The notes below the pieces were generated by a model. It had not been told where the DNA came from. It made no database searches and saw nothing but the letters and a program-made list of their open reading frames with translations. From assembly GCA_028280845.1 (NCBI GenBank), contig JANQKZ010000014.1, positions 60,672 to 124,671 of the forward strand: a stretch of DNA of 64,000 nucleotides, given 5' to 3'. The DNA comes from Opitutales bacterium. GTDB lineage: Bacteria; Verrucomicrobiota; Verrucomicrobiia; Opitutales; JABSRG01. The translations under genes were made by a program, and so were the position numbers. Shown here one piece after another: positions 25,143 to 35,420 of the stretch (positions are counted from its first letter, which is position 1; every line of letters begins with the position of its first letter).

Positions 25143-26632
25143 CCGAACCCAAATCCAACGCAAGGTCTATCAGCGGAGGCGACGCCTCCTTGACCAATCT
25201 TGATCTGGCCCCGGTTCCCCTGGCGGAGCGGATATGGACGCGGTGGAATTTTGCCTCCCTGTGGATAGGTATGGCTGTCTGTGTGCCGACTTATATGTTG
25301 GCAAGCAGTCTGATCGAAGGGGGGATGAATTGGTGGCAGGCTACCCTTACCATCCTTTTGGGGAATCTCATCGTATTGATTCCCATGATCCTGAATGGTA
25401 TTCCGGGGGCGCGATATGGAATCCCGTTTCCCGTTCTGCTTCGGGCGAGTTTTGGTACCCGAGGCGCGGTGTTTGCCGGCCTGCTGCGCGCTCTCGTGGG
25501 GTGCGGCTGGTTTGGTATCCAAAGTTGGATCGGTGGCAGTGCCCTCTATCACCTCCTCCTGGTTCCGATGCCGGAACTGCAGCAGACTCCCTACCTGGGA
25601 GATTTCATTGGATTTAACTTAGCTGAGGGTCTCTGTTTCCTGGCTTTTTGGGGGCTCAATATCTGGGTTATCTGGAAGGGAATGGACTTGGTGCGCCGCG
25701 TAGAGAGTTGGGCGGCCCCCGTTCTTCTGGCTGCAGGGTTATTACTTTTTGGTTGGGCTTGGATGGAGGTAGGCTCTTTCCAAAAGGTGTTGGATGCCTC
25801 TAAGCATATTCAAGGAGATAGCTCTCAGGGTTTCGGTACCCATTTCTGGCCGAGCCTGACTGCCATTGTCGGCTTTTGGGCGACTCTCTCTCTCAACATT
25901 CCGGACTTTACGCGATACGCCCGAAGCCAGCGGGCGCACATCGAAGGCCAAACTATCGGGCTGCCCGCAACTATGGTGGCGTTTTCCTTTATCGGGATTT
26001 TTGTAACGAGTGCCACTGTTCTGATCTATGGCGAAGATATATGGAATCCAATTGATCTACTGGCCCGATTTGACACCCTTTGGGTCGTGGTCCTCTCCAT
26101 GGTGATCCTGTCGGTGGCCACGTTATCGACGAATATTGCAGCGAACATTGTGGCGGCGGCCAACGACATTTCCAATGTCGCACCAGACCGAATCGGGTTT
26201 CGCATGGGGGGATTGATTACCGGAATAATTGGTATCCTGATGTGCCCGTGGAAGTTGATTGCGGATCCCCAGGGCTATATTTTCCTGTGGCTCATTGCCT
26301 ATTCCTCGCTGCTGGGCGCAGTCGGAGGAATCATGATCGCCGATTTTTTTATACAAAGGAAGGGGGTCCTTCAGACCAAAGACCTCTTTCTGGAATGTGG
26401 AATCTATAAACGCTGGAATGGTGCGGCCTGGTGGGCTCTGGGGATCAGCCTCCTGCCCGTTCTCCCCGGCTTTTTTCACCAGGTGGGTCTCTTCGACCTG
26501 TCCGAGCGGGGGCATTTCTGGGTAAGCCTATACGATTACGCGTGGTTCATCACGCTTTCGATTTCGATGGTTGTTTATCTGGGGCTGTCCAATTTGTCCA
26601 AGCAGTCAAGTTTACCCGAACTTACCACCTGA
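25139..26632 (+). CDS. NCS1-family nucleobase/allantoin/cytosine-type cation symporter
   Basis: 497 aa, 12 TM. The N-terminal NLDLAPVPLAERIWTRWNFASLWIGM is typical of NCS1. 4-nt overlap with the methyltransferase. Confidence 0.85.
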   Translation: MTEPKSNARSISGGDASLTNLDLAPVPLAERIWTRWNFASLWIGMAVCVPTYMLASSLIEGGMNWWQATLTILLGNLIVLIPMILNGIPGARYGIPFPVLLRASFGTRGAVFAGLLRALVGCGWFGIQSWIGGSALYHLLLVPMPELQQTPYLGDFIGFNLAEGLCFLAFWGLNIWVIWKGMDLVRRVESWAAPVLLAAGLLLFGWAWMEVGSFQKVLDASKHIQGDSSQGFGTHFWPSLTAIVGFWATLSLNIPDFTRYARSQRAHIEGQTIGLPATMVAFSFIGIFVTSATVLIYGEDIWNPIDLLARFDTLWVVVLSMVILSVATLSTNIAANIVAAANDISNVAPDRIGFRMGGLITGIIGILMCPWKLIADPQGYIFLWLIAYSSLLGAVGGIMIADFFIQRKGVLQTKDLFLECGIYKRWNGAAWWALGISLLPVLPGFFHQVGLFDLSERGHFWVSLYDYAWFITLSISMVVYLGLSNLSKQSSLPELTT

Positions 26633-27644
26633 ATTGCTGGGGTCCAAAGTCTGAAAAGTCGGACTGGTAATAGGCTGTGACCTGTTCACCCGGAGGGACA
26701 ATTGCATCTACTGCGCGGTTATCCTCCTCGGTGATTTCTACGGGGAGGGCGTTGAGATAGGATTCCAACTGGTCCGTGGTCCGCGGGCCTATGATCGGGC
26801 TGGTGATTCCGGGCTGGGACATGGCCCAAGCGGTTGCAAATTCGGCGAGGGTAATCGATTTGGCATTCGCCAGCGGGATAAGGGCCTCGACTGCCTGGAG
26901 GGCTGATTCTCTGAGGCGCATGGCATGCCTCCAGTTTTGCGTGTCGGCGTAGCGGGAGTCCGATGGCGCTTGAGTCGCCTCGGTGGTGGTATATTTGCCG
27001 GTCAAGAGTCCGCCCGCGAGCGGACCAAAGGGAAGGAGTCCAAAACCATAGGTCTGGGCCATCGGGATCAATTCTCTCTCGATTCTTCGATCCAGAATAG
27101 AGTAGGGAGGCTGCTCAGTCACAAACCGATTCAGGTTTAATTCTTTGGCGGTCCATAGCGATTCGACCAATTTCCAGGAGACAAAAAAGCTGGTACCGAT
27201 ATAGCGCACTTTTCCCGCGCGGACCAGGTCATCCAGTGCCCTGAGCGATTCGTCGATGGCGACCTCTGAGCGGGGGCGATGGAGTTGGTAAAGATCGATG
27301 TAGTCTGTTTGCAGCCGCTTCAAACTGGCATCGCACTGTTCGATAATGTGCCGCCGGGAGATGCCCTCCATATTGGGATCATCATCCGCCATGGCGCCGT
27401 GGACCTTGGTCGCCAGGATGACCTGGTTGCGTTTGCCGATGCGCTTCAGTCCTTCACCGGTTATTTCCTCACTGCGGCCTCGTGAATAAACATTGGCCGT
27501 GTCCAACAGGTTAATGCCTGCCCCGATCGCACGATCGATGATCGTGTAAGCGTCTCCAGGGGAGGTTTTACTTCCAAAATTCATGCAACCCAGGGTAAGT
27601 GGGCTGACTTTCAGGCCGGTGCGGCCCAAGAGGCGGTACTTCAT
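26622..27644 (-). CDS. aldo/keto reductase
   Basis: 340 aa. MKYRLLGRTGLKVSPLTLGCMNFG..., DTANVY, and the overall AKR pattern. Confidence 0.9.
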   Translation of the reverse strand: MKYRLLGRTGLKVSPLTLGCMNFGSKTSPGDAYTIIDRAIGAGINLLDTANVYSRGRSEEITGEGLKRIGKRNQVILATKVHGAMADDDPNMEGISRRHIIEQCDASLKRLQTDYIDLYQLHRPRSEVAIDESLRALDDLVRAGKVRYIGTSFFVSWKLVESLWTAKELNLNRFVTEQPPYSILDRRIERELIPMAQTYGFGLLPFGPLAGGLLTGKYTTTEATQAPSDSRYADTQNWRHAMRLRESALQAVEALIPLANAKSITLAEFATAWAMSQPGITSPIIGPRTTDQLESYLNALPVEITEEDNRAVDAIVPPGEQVTAYYQSDFSDFGPQQFRW

Positions 27645-27870
27645 AACGGTGGGATGGGTGTGAGAGGTGAACAGGTTGTGGAGGGTGAAGCGTGGCTTGG
27701 GTGTGTAATTCGACGTGTCTATTGGATATGGGTCATATTCTCAATCTTACTTCTGCATCAAGGCGCTTGACTGAAAAGTAATGGAGGGCTCCCGGGAAGC
27801 ACTTCAGGATTGCGCTGGAAGGTAGGGGTGGTGACAGTCATGTAACCCCAAACCCTTCGATTCTATCACT

Positions 27871-29004
27871 ATGAAAAAAGGTCTTCTTCTGTTCGTATCC
27901 CTGTTGTTAGCCACGATGGCTTCCCTGAATGGTAAACCCACGGTGACGGTTTCTTCCTTCGGAGCCACCGCTGATGGAGACCCGGTCCACCTCTATACCC
28001 TGAAGAATCGGAATGGGATGTCTGCCGACATCATGACTTATGGGGGGACCGTGGTGCGGTTGATGGCCCCAGACCGGGATGGGCAGCTGGGTGACATCAC
28101 CCTCGGGTTTGATAATGTAGCCGATTATGAAGCGAAGTCACCGTATTTCGGTTGCCTCGTCGGTCGCTATGGGAATCGTATTGCCGGAGGGAAGTTCAGC
28201 CTGAATGGCAAGACCTACACCCTTGCGACCAACAATGGCACAGCCCATCTGCACGGAGGTGATGTTGGCTTCGATAAAAAGGTCTGGAAGGCGAAGCCGG
28301 TCGTCAAAGGCATGAGCGCGGGAGTCACGCTCTGGTATACGAGTGCGGATGGAGAGGAGGGCTACCCGGGTAACTTGAAGGTCAAAGTCACCTATCTCTT
28401 GACCGACAACAATGAGTTGGAGATTCGCTACCATGCGACGACAGACCAGGCGACCCCGGTGAATTTGACGAATCATATGTATTTTAACCTCCGCGGTGAA
28501 GGGGTTGGCGACATCAATAGCCATGTGCTGATGATTGATGCGGATCGGTTTACGCCGGTCGATGCGGCGCTCATCCCCACCGGTGAATTGGCTCCGGTAG
28601 CGGGTACTCCCTTCGATTTTACCACGCCGACTGCGATCGGCCTGCGGGTTGATGACGATCATGACCAGTTAGCATTGGGTGGAGGCTATGATCACAACTT
28701 TGTGCTGAACAAACCCTACGGCATGATGGGGTTGGCTGCCGAGGTCTATGAGCCCGTTACGGGACGTGTGATGCAGGTGTACACGGAGGAGCCCGGCATT
28801 CAGTTTTATGGAGGTAACTTCCTTGAAACCGATGGGGTGGTCCGTGTTGGAAAAAGCGGGGTGCCCTACAACTTCCGAAACGGATTCTGCCTGGAAACCC
28901 AACATTTTCCTGACTCCCCGAATCAGCCGGACTTCCCCTCGACCATCCTGGAGCCGGGTGGAACCTATGAGACGACCACGGTTTATCGCTTCTCTGCCCG
29001 CTAA
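27871..29004 (+). CDS. galM: aldose 1-epimerase (galactose mutarotase), secreted
   Basis: 377 aa with a signal peptide. GalM pattern is GRYGNRIAGGKFSLNGKTYTLATNNG...HLHGG, then LTNHMYFNL. Confidence 0.9.
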   Translation: MKKGLLLFVSLLLATMASLNGKPTVTVSSFGATADGDPVHLYTLKNRNGMSADIMTYGGTVVRLMAPDRDGQLGDITLGFDNVADYEAKSPYFGCLVGRYGNRIAGGKFSLNGKTYTLATNNGTAHLHGGDVGFDKKVWKAKPVVKGMSAGVTLWYTSADGEEGYPGNLKVKVTYLLTDNNELEIRYHATTDQATPVNLTNHMYFNLRGEGVGDINSHVLMIDADRFTPVDAALIPTGELAPVAGTPFDFTTPTAIGLRVDDDHDQLALGGGYDHNFVLNKPYGMMGLAAEVYEPVTGRVMQVYTEEPGIQFYGGNFLETDGVVRVGKSGVPYNFRNGFCLETQHFPDSPNQPDFPSTILEPGGTYETTTVYRFSAR

Positions 29005-29024
29005 GGATCCGTTGTTTTTAGGGG

Positions 29025-29873
29025 ATGTCCGGTGATTTGCAGGTCCGTTGCCTCAGTGCGGACGAGATGGAAACGCCGCTTGCGATGGCCCGCGAAGAAG
29101 GGTGGAACCCCGGTATTCAGGACGCCGTTACTTTTTTTCCTGCCGATCCGCATGGGTTCCTTGTGGGGGAGATAGAGGGCGAGCCGATCTGCACGATTTC
29201 AGCGGTTCGCTACGAATCCCATTTTGGCTTCCTTGGCCTTTATATCTGTGCGCCGGAGTGGCGAGGAAAGGGCTACGGGCTACGTATATGGAAACGAGCG
29301 ATGAATTGGTTGGATGGGCGTATTATCGGGTTGGACGGGGCGGTAGAGCTGCAGGATATCTACCGCCGTTCCGGGTTCGAATTTGCCTATAACCATGTAC
29401 GGTTCGAAGGAAGGTCCGGAGGCGACCCGATTGACAATCCAAGAATCGTTCCGCTCTCCACCGTCGGGTGGGAAGCGGTGGAATCTATGGACCGGCAGTG
29501 TTTTCCTGCGAGACGGACTGCCTTTCTCCGGTCCTGGATTTCCCAAAGCCAGGGAATTGGACTAGGCTTCGTGGACTCCGATACTTTGCTGGGGTATGCC
29601 TGTATCCGTCCCTGCGCAGTGGGATACAGAATCGGGCCCTTGTTTGGCCAGACCGAAGCGGTGGCCGATACCCTTTTTCAACAATTGGTTGCCCATGTGC
29701 CGACCGGTCAACCGGTTATCCTGGATATACCTAAGTCGAATCCAGCAGCCCGCGACCTTGTACAACGCTACGGCATGCAAGCCGTGTTTGAGACGGCCAG
29801 GATGTATACGGGACCGGTTCCGGAGACCCGACTCGATTGGGTCTACGGGGTGACCACTTATGAACTGGGTTAA
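29025..29873 (+). CDS. GNAT-family N-acetyltransferase (two-domain, YitH-like)
   Basis: 282 aa. The acetyl-CoA motif region is WRGKGYGLRIWKRAM. Confidence 0.75.
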   Translation: MSGDLQVRCLSADEMETPLAMAREEGWNPGIQDAVTFFPADPHGFLVGEIEGEPICTISAVRYESHFGFLGLYICAPEWRGKGYGLRIWKRAMNWLDGRIIGLDGAVELQDIYRRSGFEFAYNHVRFEGRSGGDPIDNPRIVPLSTVGWEAVESMDRQCFPARRTAFLRSWISQSQGIGLGFVDSDTLLGYACIRPCAVGYRIGPLFGQTEAVADTLFQQLVAHVPTGQPVILDIPKSNPAARDLVQRYGMQAVFETARMYTGPVPETRLDWVYGVTTYELG

Positions 29874-29968
29874 CCGTTCGGTAGATTTTGAAAAATAAGA
29901 ACATTGATCAATCAGGTCTGCTCCTTCTGACTTAATTTTTACCCCAAACCAACCACCCCCCCCTTACT

Positions 29969-31927
29969 ATGGCTATCTTAGATATCATCCTATTCGTAGG
30001 ATCAGTTCTCGGTGTGATTGTCCTCGGCATTGTCATGAGCCGAGGTGAAGAATTAGAAAGCGATCATGGGGCCAGTGATTATTTCCTGGCCGGCCGTGGA
30101 TTAACCTGGTGGCTCGTCGGGTTCTCCTTGATCGCGGCGAATATTTCGACCGAACAGTTTGTCGGGATGTCCGGAAAGGCGGCAGATTGGTTGGGGATGG
30201 CGATTGCCAGTTATGAGTGGATGGCAGCTATCACGCTGGTGGTGGTCGCGTTTGTCTTTCTTCCCAAATTGTTGAAGACAGGGATCTATACGATTCCTGA
30301 GTTTTTAGAGTACCGGTATGGTCTGCTATCTCGGGCCGTTATGGCGATTGCCACCTTGATTATCCTGGTTGGGGTGCCTACGGCGTCGGTGATTTTTTCG
30401 GGGGCCAAAGTGGTCAGTGTGGCGTTTCCAGACACCCCTGTCCTTGGGAGCTTGACCGCGATGTGCTGGATCATCGGAATCTTGGCTGCGACCTACGTGT
30501 TTGTGGGCGGGTTGAAAGCCTGTGCATGGACGGACCTGGTTTGGGGATCTGCCCTCATTGTCGGTGGGGCCATCATCGCGTATCTCGCCTTTCAGGAACT
30601 GGGGTCCCGTCCCGCAGAAGAATTGATTCTGACCAAAGTCGCGACTTCTGAAGCGACGGTGGCTGATTTGGAAGCGGCCGGGGGGTTTGAGCGCTTCAAG
30701 CTCCTCAACCAGGGAGAAGCGATGGACGGCCCGAATGGAAGTGGAGGCAAACTCCATATGAAGCGATCGAAGCAGGATCCCGAAATCCCATGGACGGCCC
30801 TGGTCCTCGGCCTCTGGATTCCCAACTTTTTCTACTGGGGGTTGAACCAGTATATTGTGCAACGGACCCTGGGGTCCAAGTCCCTGGCTGAAGGCCAAAA
30901 GGGAGTTGTCTTTGCGGCATTCCTCAAGCTGATCATTCCCTTTGTGGTGGTGATTCCAGGTATCTTGGCCTTTAACCTGTTTAGCGGCGATTTAAAGACC
31001 GAGGCGGATCGAAAGAACGCCGTGGTGATTGCAGACTTTGAGACTTCTCCCGAGAAGGTGTTCCCCTTCAGCCCCGAATTTGCGACGGTCAACCCGGAGA
31101 TGGCGCGCAGAATGTATGACCACAACCGGGCTCAGCTGGGGCCAGTCATGACGATGGAGTGGACCCCGGATGAATTTCTCGCCGAACGCAACGCCGGCGT
31201 GATTGCGGAAGCGTCATCAAAGAACATTCCTTCGACCACACCTGTGGTTGGATATGACTACGATGCTGCTTTCGGAACGCTGCTGAAAAATCTGCTCTTT
31301 CCCGGCATTCGGTGGTTTGTGTTTGCGGCCATTACCGGGGCTGTGATCAGCTCACTAGCCTCCATGCTCAACTCAGCCTCCACCATCGCGACGATGGATG
31401 TATATAACAAGTTGAGGAAGAATGCCTCGCAGCTCGAGTTGGTCAAGGCCGGACGCGGCTTTGTGGTCGCCTTTGTCCTGATTGCCTCGATCATTGCACC
31501 TACCCTGGGGAGCCCGGTCTTCTCCGGGATCTTTACCTTTATCCAGGAATTCCAAGGGTTTATCAGCCCTGGTATCCTAGCGGTGTTCCTGTTCGGCTTC
31601 CTGGTCCCCAAGGCCCCAAAATACCTCGGATGGGTTGGTATCCTGGCTAATGTTATATTGTATGGCTTTTTCAAATGGATCGGCGGACCTCTACTGGTTG
31701 AGAACGGGCTTTGGTTTTCTTCCGAAATGGCCTTCCTGGACCGGATGGGTGTCTGCTTTATCATTGTCCTGATTATATGCGGAGTGGCGACCCTCGTGAA
31801 TCCGCTGAAGGAACCGGTGAAGATGCCTGTGAATGAGCAGATGGATGTGACGCCATCCAAGACCGCCTTTTATGGCGGGATTGGGGTGGTGGCGTGTACC
31901 GTCGTCCTCTACGCCATCTTCTGGTAG
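29969..31927 (+). CDS. sodium:solute symporter (SSS/SGLT family)
   Basis: 652 aa polytopic protein. DYFLAGRGLTWWLVGFSLIAANISTEQFVGMSG is the canonical SSS N-terminal pattern. Confidence 0.9.
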   Translation: MAILDIILFVGSVLGVIVLGIVMSRGEELESDHGASDYFLAGRGLTWWLVGFSLIAANISTEQFVGMSGKAADWLGMAIASYEWMAAITLVVVAFVFLPKLLKTGIYTIPEFLEYRYGLLSRAVMAIATLIILVGVPTASVIFSGAKVVSVAFPDTPVLGSLTAMCWIIGILAATYVFVGGLKACAWTDLVWGSALIVGGAIIAYLAFQELGSRPAEELILTKVATSEATVADLEAAGGFERFKLLNQGEAMDGPNGSGGKLHMKRSKQDPEIPWTALVLGLWIPNFFYWGLNQYIVQRTLGSKSLAEGQKGVVFAAFLKLIIPFVVVIPGILAFNLFSGDLKTEADRKNAVVIADFETSPEKVFPFSPEFATVNPEMARRMYDHNRAQLGPVMTMEWTPDEFLAERNAGVIAEASSKNIPSTTPVVGYDYDAAFGTLLKNLLFPGIRWFVFAAITGAVISSLASMLNSASTIATMDVYNKLRKNASQLELVKAGRGFVVAFVLIASIIAPTLGSPVFSGIFTFIQEFQGFISPGILAVFLFGFLVPKAPKYLGWVGILANVILYGFFKWIGGPLLVENGLWFSSEMAFLDRMGVCFIIVLIICGVATLVNPLKEPVKMPVNEQMDVTPSKTAFYGGIGVVACTVVLYAIFW

Positions 31928-32072
31928 CGGAAAGGTCTGGACGGTTGAAGGCTTTCCGGGGTCGGCCTCAGCTCCAACGTATAAGAACCAGCTTATGGAG
32001 GTGGGAACCCCGGCTTCCTTTTTTAGAGGGGCTCTGGTTTGGGCTTTTCTTGTACTATGGGAGTTTGATTGT

Positions 32073-33803
32073 ATGTCGACCGCTATGGAAATTCTAATCA
32101 ATCATCTGGGTTACCGGTCAGCCTGTCCGAAGGTCGCGATTCTTCAGGCGTGGGAGCCCTTTGAGGGGGCTCCGGTAGTGGAACTGGTGGAGGTCTCGAC
32201 CAGTGAGGTGGTCCTGGAAATGGAGGGAGCAGGCAATCAGCCGGTGGATGGTTGGACGGGTCGATGGTTTTCGTCGGTCGACTTTTCCCAGGTGGATTCG
32301 CCAGGGACCTATTACCTGGTAAGTGGCGATCATCGGTCGCCTGCTTTTGAGATTCAGGAGACGGCGGCTTTGCTGGAGGAACCGCTTTCCGATATTCTGC
32401 ACTATTTCAAGTCGCAACGCAGCGGAGGGGTGTATGACCGGCATGACCGGAAATGCCCCATTTATGGAGAGGACCGAAGCGTGGATGTACATGGGGGGTG
32501 GTATGACGCCTCCGGGGACGTGAGCAAATATCTGAGTCACCTCTCCTACGCCAACTATCTCAACCCACAGCAGACACCTATGGTGGTCTGGAATTTCCTC
32601 AAGGCTTACACCCTGTTAGCGGCTAATGGAAGGGTGTCGGATTATACCCTGGAACGTATCCTGGACGAGGCCACCCATGGCGGGGATTTTCTTGTCCGTA
32701 TGCAGGATGAAGCAGGGTTCTTCTACATGATTGTTTTTGATGTCTGGAGTAAGGATGTGAGTCAGCGGGATATCTGTTCCTACGCGACCCAGGCGGGCCA
32801 TAAATCGAATCAATATCAGGCCGGTTTTCGGCAGGGGGGCGGGTTGGCTATCGCTGCGCTGGCCGCGCTATCTCGTTTCCCCAGTCATGGGGATTACCCG
32901 GCCTCCACTTACTGGGAGTGTGCAGAGAAGGGATATCTTCACTTAAAGGAACACAACGAAGCTTACCTGGATGATGGCAAAGCCAACATCATCGATACAT
33001 ATTGTGCGCTCCTCGCCTCGGTTGAGCTGACGAAGGCGGCGAAGAACCCGGACCAGCAGTCCTTTTACCTGGAGGAGGCCCGGGTGTGGGCCTCCGAGCT
33101 CATGTCTTATCTGCACGAGCATCCGGATTATGGGGTATTGTGGATGGCTAATTCTGAGGGCACCCGACCCTATTTCCATGCGACGGAAGCCGGGCTTCCC
33201 GTTCTCGCCCTGATGGAATACCTTTCCGTTGAACCTGATGCTGAACGGAGAGGCCCTATCTCAGTGGCCTGCAAACGGTCTATTCAGGCCGAAGTGTCCA
33301 TGACACAAGCGGTTTGGAACCCCTTTGGATATGCCCGACAGGTGACGCAGTCCCTAAGCGGGGTGCGTCAGGCGGCGTTCTTTGTCCCGCATGCCAACGA
33401 GAGTGGCTATTGGTGGCAGGGGGAAAATGCGCGGCTGGCGTCCCTGGTTTCCATGGGCATGCTAGCGATAGGCACGCTGCGCCTTGATCCGGCTACGGCG
33501 GTAGAAATCCAGCGATATAGCACGCAGCTATTGGATTGGATTTTTGGTCTCAACCCATTCGATACCTGTATGCTGGATGGGCATGGGCGCAATAATCCAA
33601 GCTATTGGCCAGAGGCCGGATACTACAACGCCAAGGGAGGAGTCTGTAACGGGATCACATCCGGGTTTGAAGATGAGCAGGATATCGCCTTCAAGCCGGA
33701 ACCTCATGACAAGGATCCGATGCAGAATTGGAGGTGGGGGGAGCAGTGGATTCCCCATGCGGGGTGGTTGTTCCTGGCGATCGTGGCGTGGGAGCTTAAG
33801 TAG
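32073..33803 (+). CDS. GH9-like glycoside hydrolase with N-terminal Ig-like domain, no signal peptide
   Basis: The ATG at 32073 (MSTAMEILINHLGY...) avoids overlap with the SSS gene; the track ORF starts at 31872. HYFKSQRSG and HGGWYDASGDVSKY resemble the GH9 QRSG / GGWYDAGD blocks. Confidence 0.7.
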   Translation: MSTAMEILINHLGYRSACPKVAILQAWEPFEGAPVVELVEVSTSEVVLEMEGAGNQPVDGWTGRWFSSVDFSQVDSPGTYYLVSGDHRSPAFEIQETAALLEEPLSDILHYFKSQRSGGVYDRHDRKCPIYGEDRSVDVHGGWYDASGDVSKYLSHLSYANYLNPQQTPMVVWNFLKAYTLLAANGRVSDYTLERILDEATHGGDFLVRMQDEAGFFYMIVFDVWSKDVSQRDICSYATQAGHKSNQYQAGFRQGGGLAIAALAALSRFPSHGDYPASTYWECAEKGYLHLKEHNEAYLDDGKANIIDTYCALLASVELTKAAKNPDQQSFYLEEARVWASELMSYLHEHPDYGVLWMANSEGTRPYFHATEAGLPVLALMEYLSVEPDAERRGPISVACKRSIQAEVSMTQAVWNPFGYARQVTQSLSGVRQAAFFVPHANESGYWWQGENARLASLVSMGMLAIGTLRLDPATAVEIQRYSTQLLDWIFGLNPFDTCMLDGHGRNNPSYWPEAGYYNAKGGVCNGITSGFEDEQDIAFKPEPHDKDPMQNWRWGEQWIPHAGWLFLAIVAWELK

Positions 33804-33856
33804 GAAATCAGAAATCAGAAATCGGAAATCAGAAATCGGAAGTCGGTGGTCGGAGG
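33802..33856 (+). repeat. heptanucleotide array (locus C, ~8 units; TCAGAAA grading into TCGGAGG)
   Basis: aggaaa tcagaaa tcagaaa tcggaaa tcagaaa tcggaag tcggtgg tcggagg. Starts inside the GH9-like stop codon, in a convergent intergenic region. Confidence 0.85.
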
Positions 33857-33973
33857 ATCTCCGCTTCCGTTGTCGTTACGTCGTGCCGAGACAAGTCGCT
33901 CCGTGATGCTGGTGGCCTGGAGCGTTGTCGTGATAACGGCGGCTAGCGCCCGGAGCACATTTTTGTTCTCATA

Positions 33974-35341
33974 TCAACCATTCATGAGGTACCCCTCTCG
34001 ATAGGGTTTAGTGAGGAAAGCATTGGCGGATTCCAGATTCGTTACGAGACCATTGGCGCCGTCATAGGTGAGGGTGGGCCGTTCGCCCATTTCTCCTTCG
34101 CCTTCACCGGCGCGGAAGCCGACGAGGCCGAGGCACATGGTTTCGATCATATCCGCACTGTATTTAAAGTTACAGGCAGTGTTCATGGGGTCGCCATTTC
34201 TGCAAGCGGCGGTCCATTGCTTCTGGAAGTGCTCCAAGGGGGGCTCCAGCTCGTCTTCGGATGGGGGATCGAAATAGGTCAGGTCGGCCTGTGCACCGTA
34301 GGGATAAAGAATGCGATTGCGAAAATCGGCAATGATGAAGCCACGATCTCCCTTGAACCATGCTCCATGGCCGATGGCATTGAGGTTGACCCAGTCGAGG
34401 GGGGATTCGGGCATGGCGCCGCCCTGATACCAAGTGACCCGGATATCTTCGCGCCAGTCATTGGCGGGGAAGATATAACTGGCTGACATGTTGACCGGGG
34501 TCACATCCCGGTTGAGGGATTCGGGAGAGGCGACAGAGATGCTGGTGGGGAGCTCGGCGTCGATGACATTCCAGACGAGGTCCATGGTATGGCTGCCCAT
34601 ATCCCCGATCTGGCCGACACCCCAGTCCCAATACATATTCCACTGAAGGCAGTTCAGCCCGACCTTGCCCTTAACGTACTCGGGGTGGAATGGACGATAG
34701 GGGGAGGGTCCGAGCCAGAGGTCCCAGTTTAGTGTATCCGGAGGTTGGATACCGGCGAGATAGCCGGGTTTAGGGATTTGCCGGTTACCCCAGACAGCTA
34801 CATCTCTCAAGTCGCCGATGGCGCCCCCATGAATCATTTCCCGCAAGCGGCTGAAGTTGGGATGGGCATGGCGCTGCATGCCGACCTGGGTGGCCAGCTT
34901 GTCCTTCTTCTTCATGTAGGTTTCCCGAACGATGCGAGATTCTTCGACAGTGATGGCAAGGGGCTTCTCCATAAAGCAATGGAGGTCGCGATTGAGGGAC
35001 CAGTTGGCGATGAAGGCGTGGTGATGATCCGGGGTGCAACAGAGGACAGCATCGAGGCCCGGATGGTCCAGGGCCTTGCGCCAGTCTTCGTAGACTTTGG
35101 CCTTGGGGAATTCCTTCACTGCGTAAGGCAGGTTCTTCTGATTGACTTCACAGATGGCGACCACATTTTCGTCGTGCAATGTGGCGTAATGCGCCTTGGC
35201 CCGGCCATAAGCGCCGATTAAGGCGATATTGAGCTTATTGTTGGGGCGATTCTTTCCGAACAGGGTCCCGGTAGGAAGAATCATGAGCCCAGCACCGGTA
35301 GCACTGGCACGTTTGATGAGTTGTCGACGGGTAATAGCCAT
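33974..35341 (-). CDS. Tat-exported Gfo/Idh/MocA-family oxidoreductase
   Basis: 455 aa. Twin-arginine leader is [23 protein letters not shown]. Rossmann region is [14 protein letters not shown]. Confidence 0.85.
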   Translation of the reverse strand: MAITRRQLIKRASATGAGLMILPTGTLFGKNRPNNKLNIALIGAYGRAKAHYATLHDENVVAICEVNQKNLPYAVKEFPKAKVYEDWRKALDHPGLDAVLCCTPDHHHAFIANWSLNRDLHCFMEKPLAITVEESRIVRETYMKKKDKLATQVGMQRHAHPNFSRLREMIHGGAIGDLRDVAVWGNRQIPKPGYLAGIQPPDTLNWDLWLGPSPYRPFHPEYVKGKVGLNCLQWNMYWDWGVGQIGDMGSHTMDLVWNVIDAELPTSISVASPESLNRDVTPVNMSASYIFPANDWREDIRVTWYQGGAMPESPLDWVNLNAIGHGAWFKGDRGFIIADFRNRILYPYGAQADLTYFDPPSEDELEPPLEHFQKQWTAACRNGDPMNTACNFKYSADMIETMCLGLVGFRAGEGEGEMGERPTLTYDGANGLVTNLESANAFLTKPYREGYLMNG

Positions 35342-35420
35342 GAGTGTGGAGGCAGATTGGGGTTATTAATATGAACTTGGTAGTCCACGAAACTAGGTTC
35401 AGGTTCCGATATAAACAAGT

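Noticed and set aside
31872-32072. N-terminal 67-codon extension of the GH9-like ORF
   Set aside because: It would overlap the 3' end of the SSS transporter gene by 56 nt and encodes low-complexity sequence. The internal ATG at 32073 gives a sensible N-terminus.
33866-33950. Possible long imperfect hairpin (CCGC..CCGTTGTCG ... CGTGATAACGGCGG) after heptamer locus C
   Set aside because: The pairing needs several bulges and wobbles, and I could not establish a convincing stem by eye. It needs a folding program.
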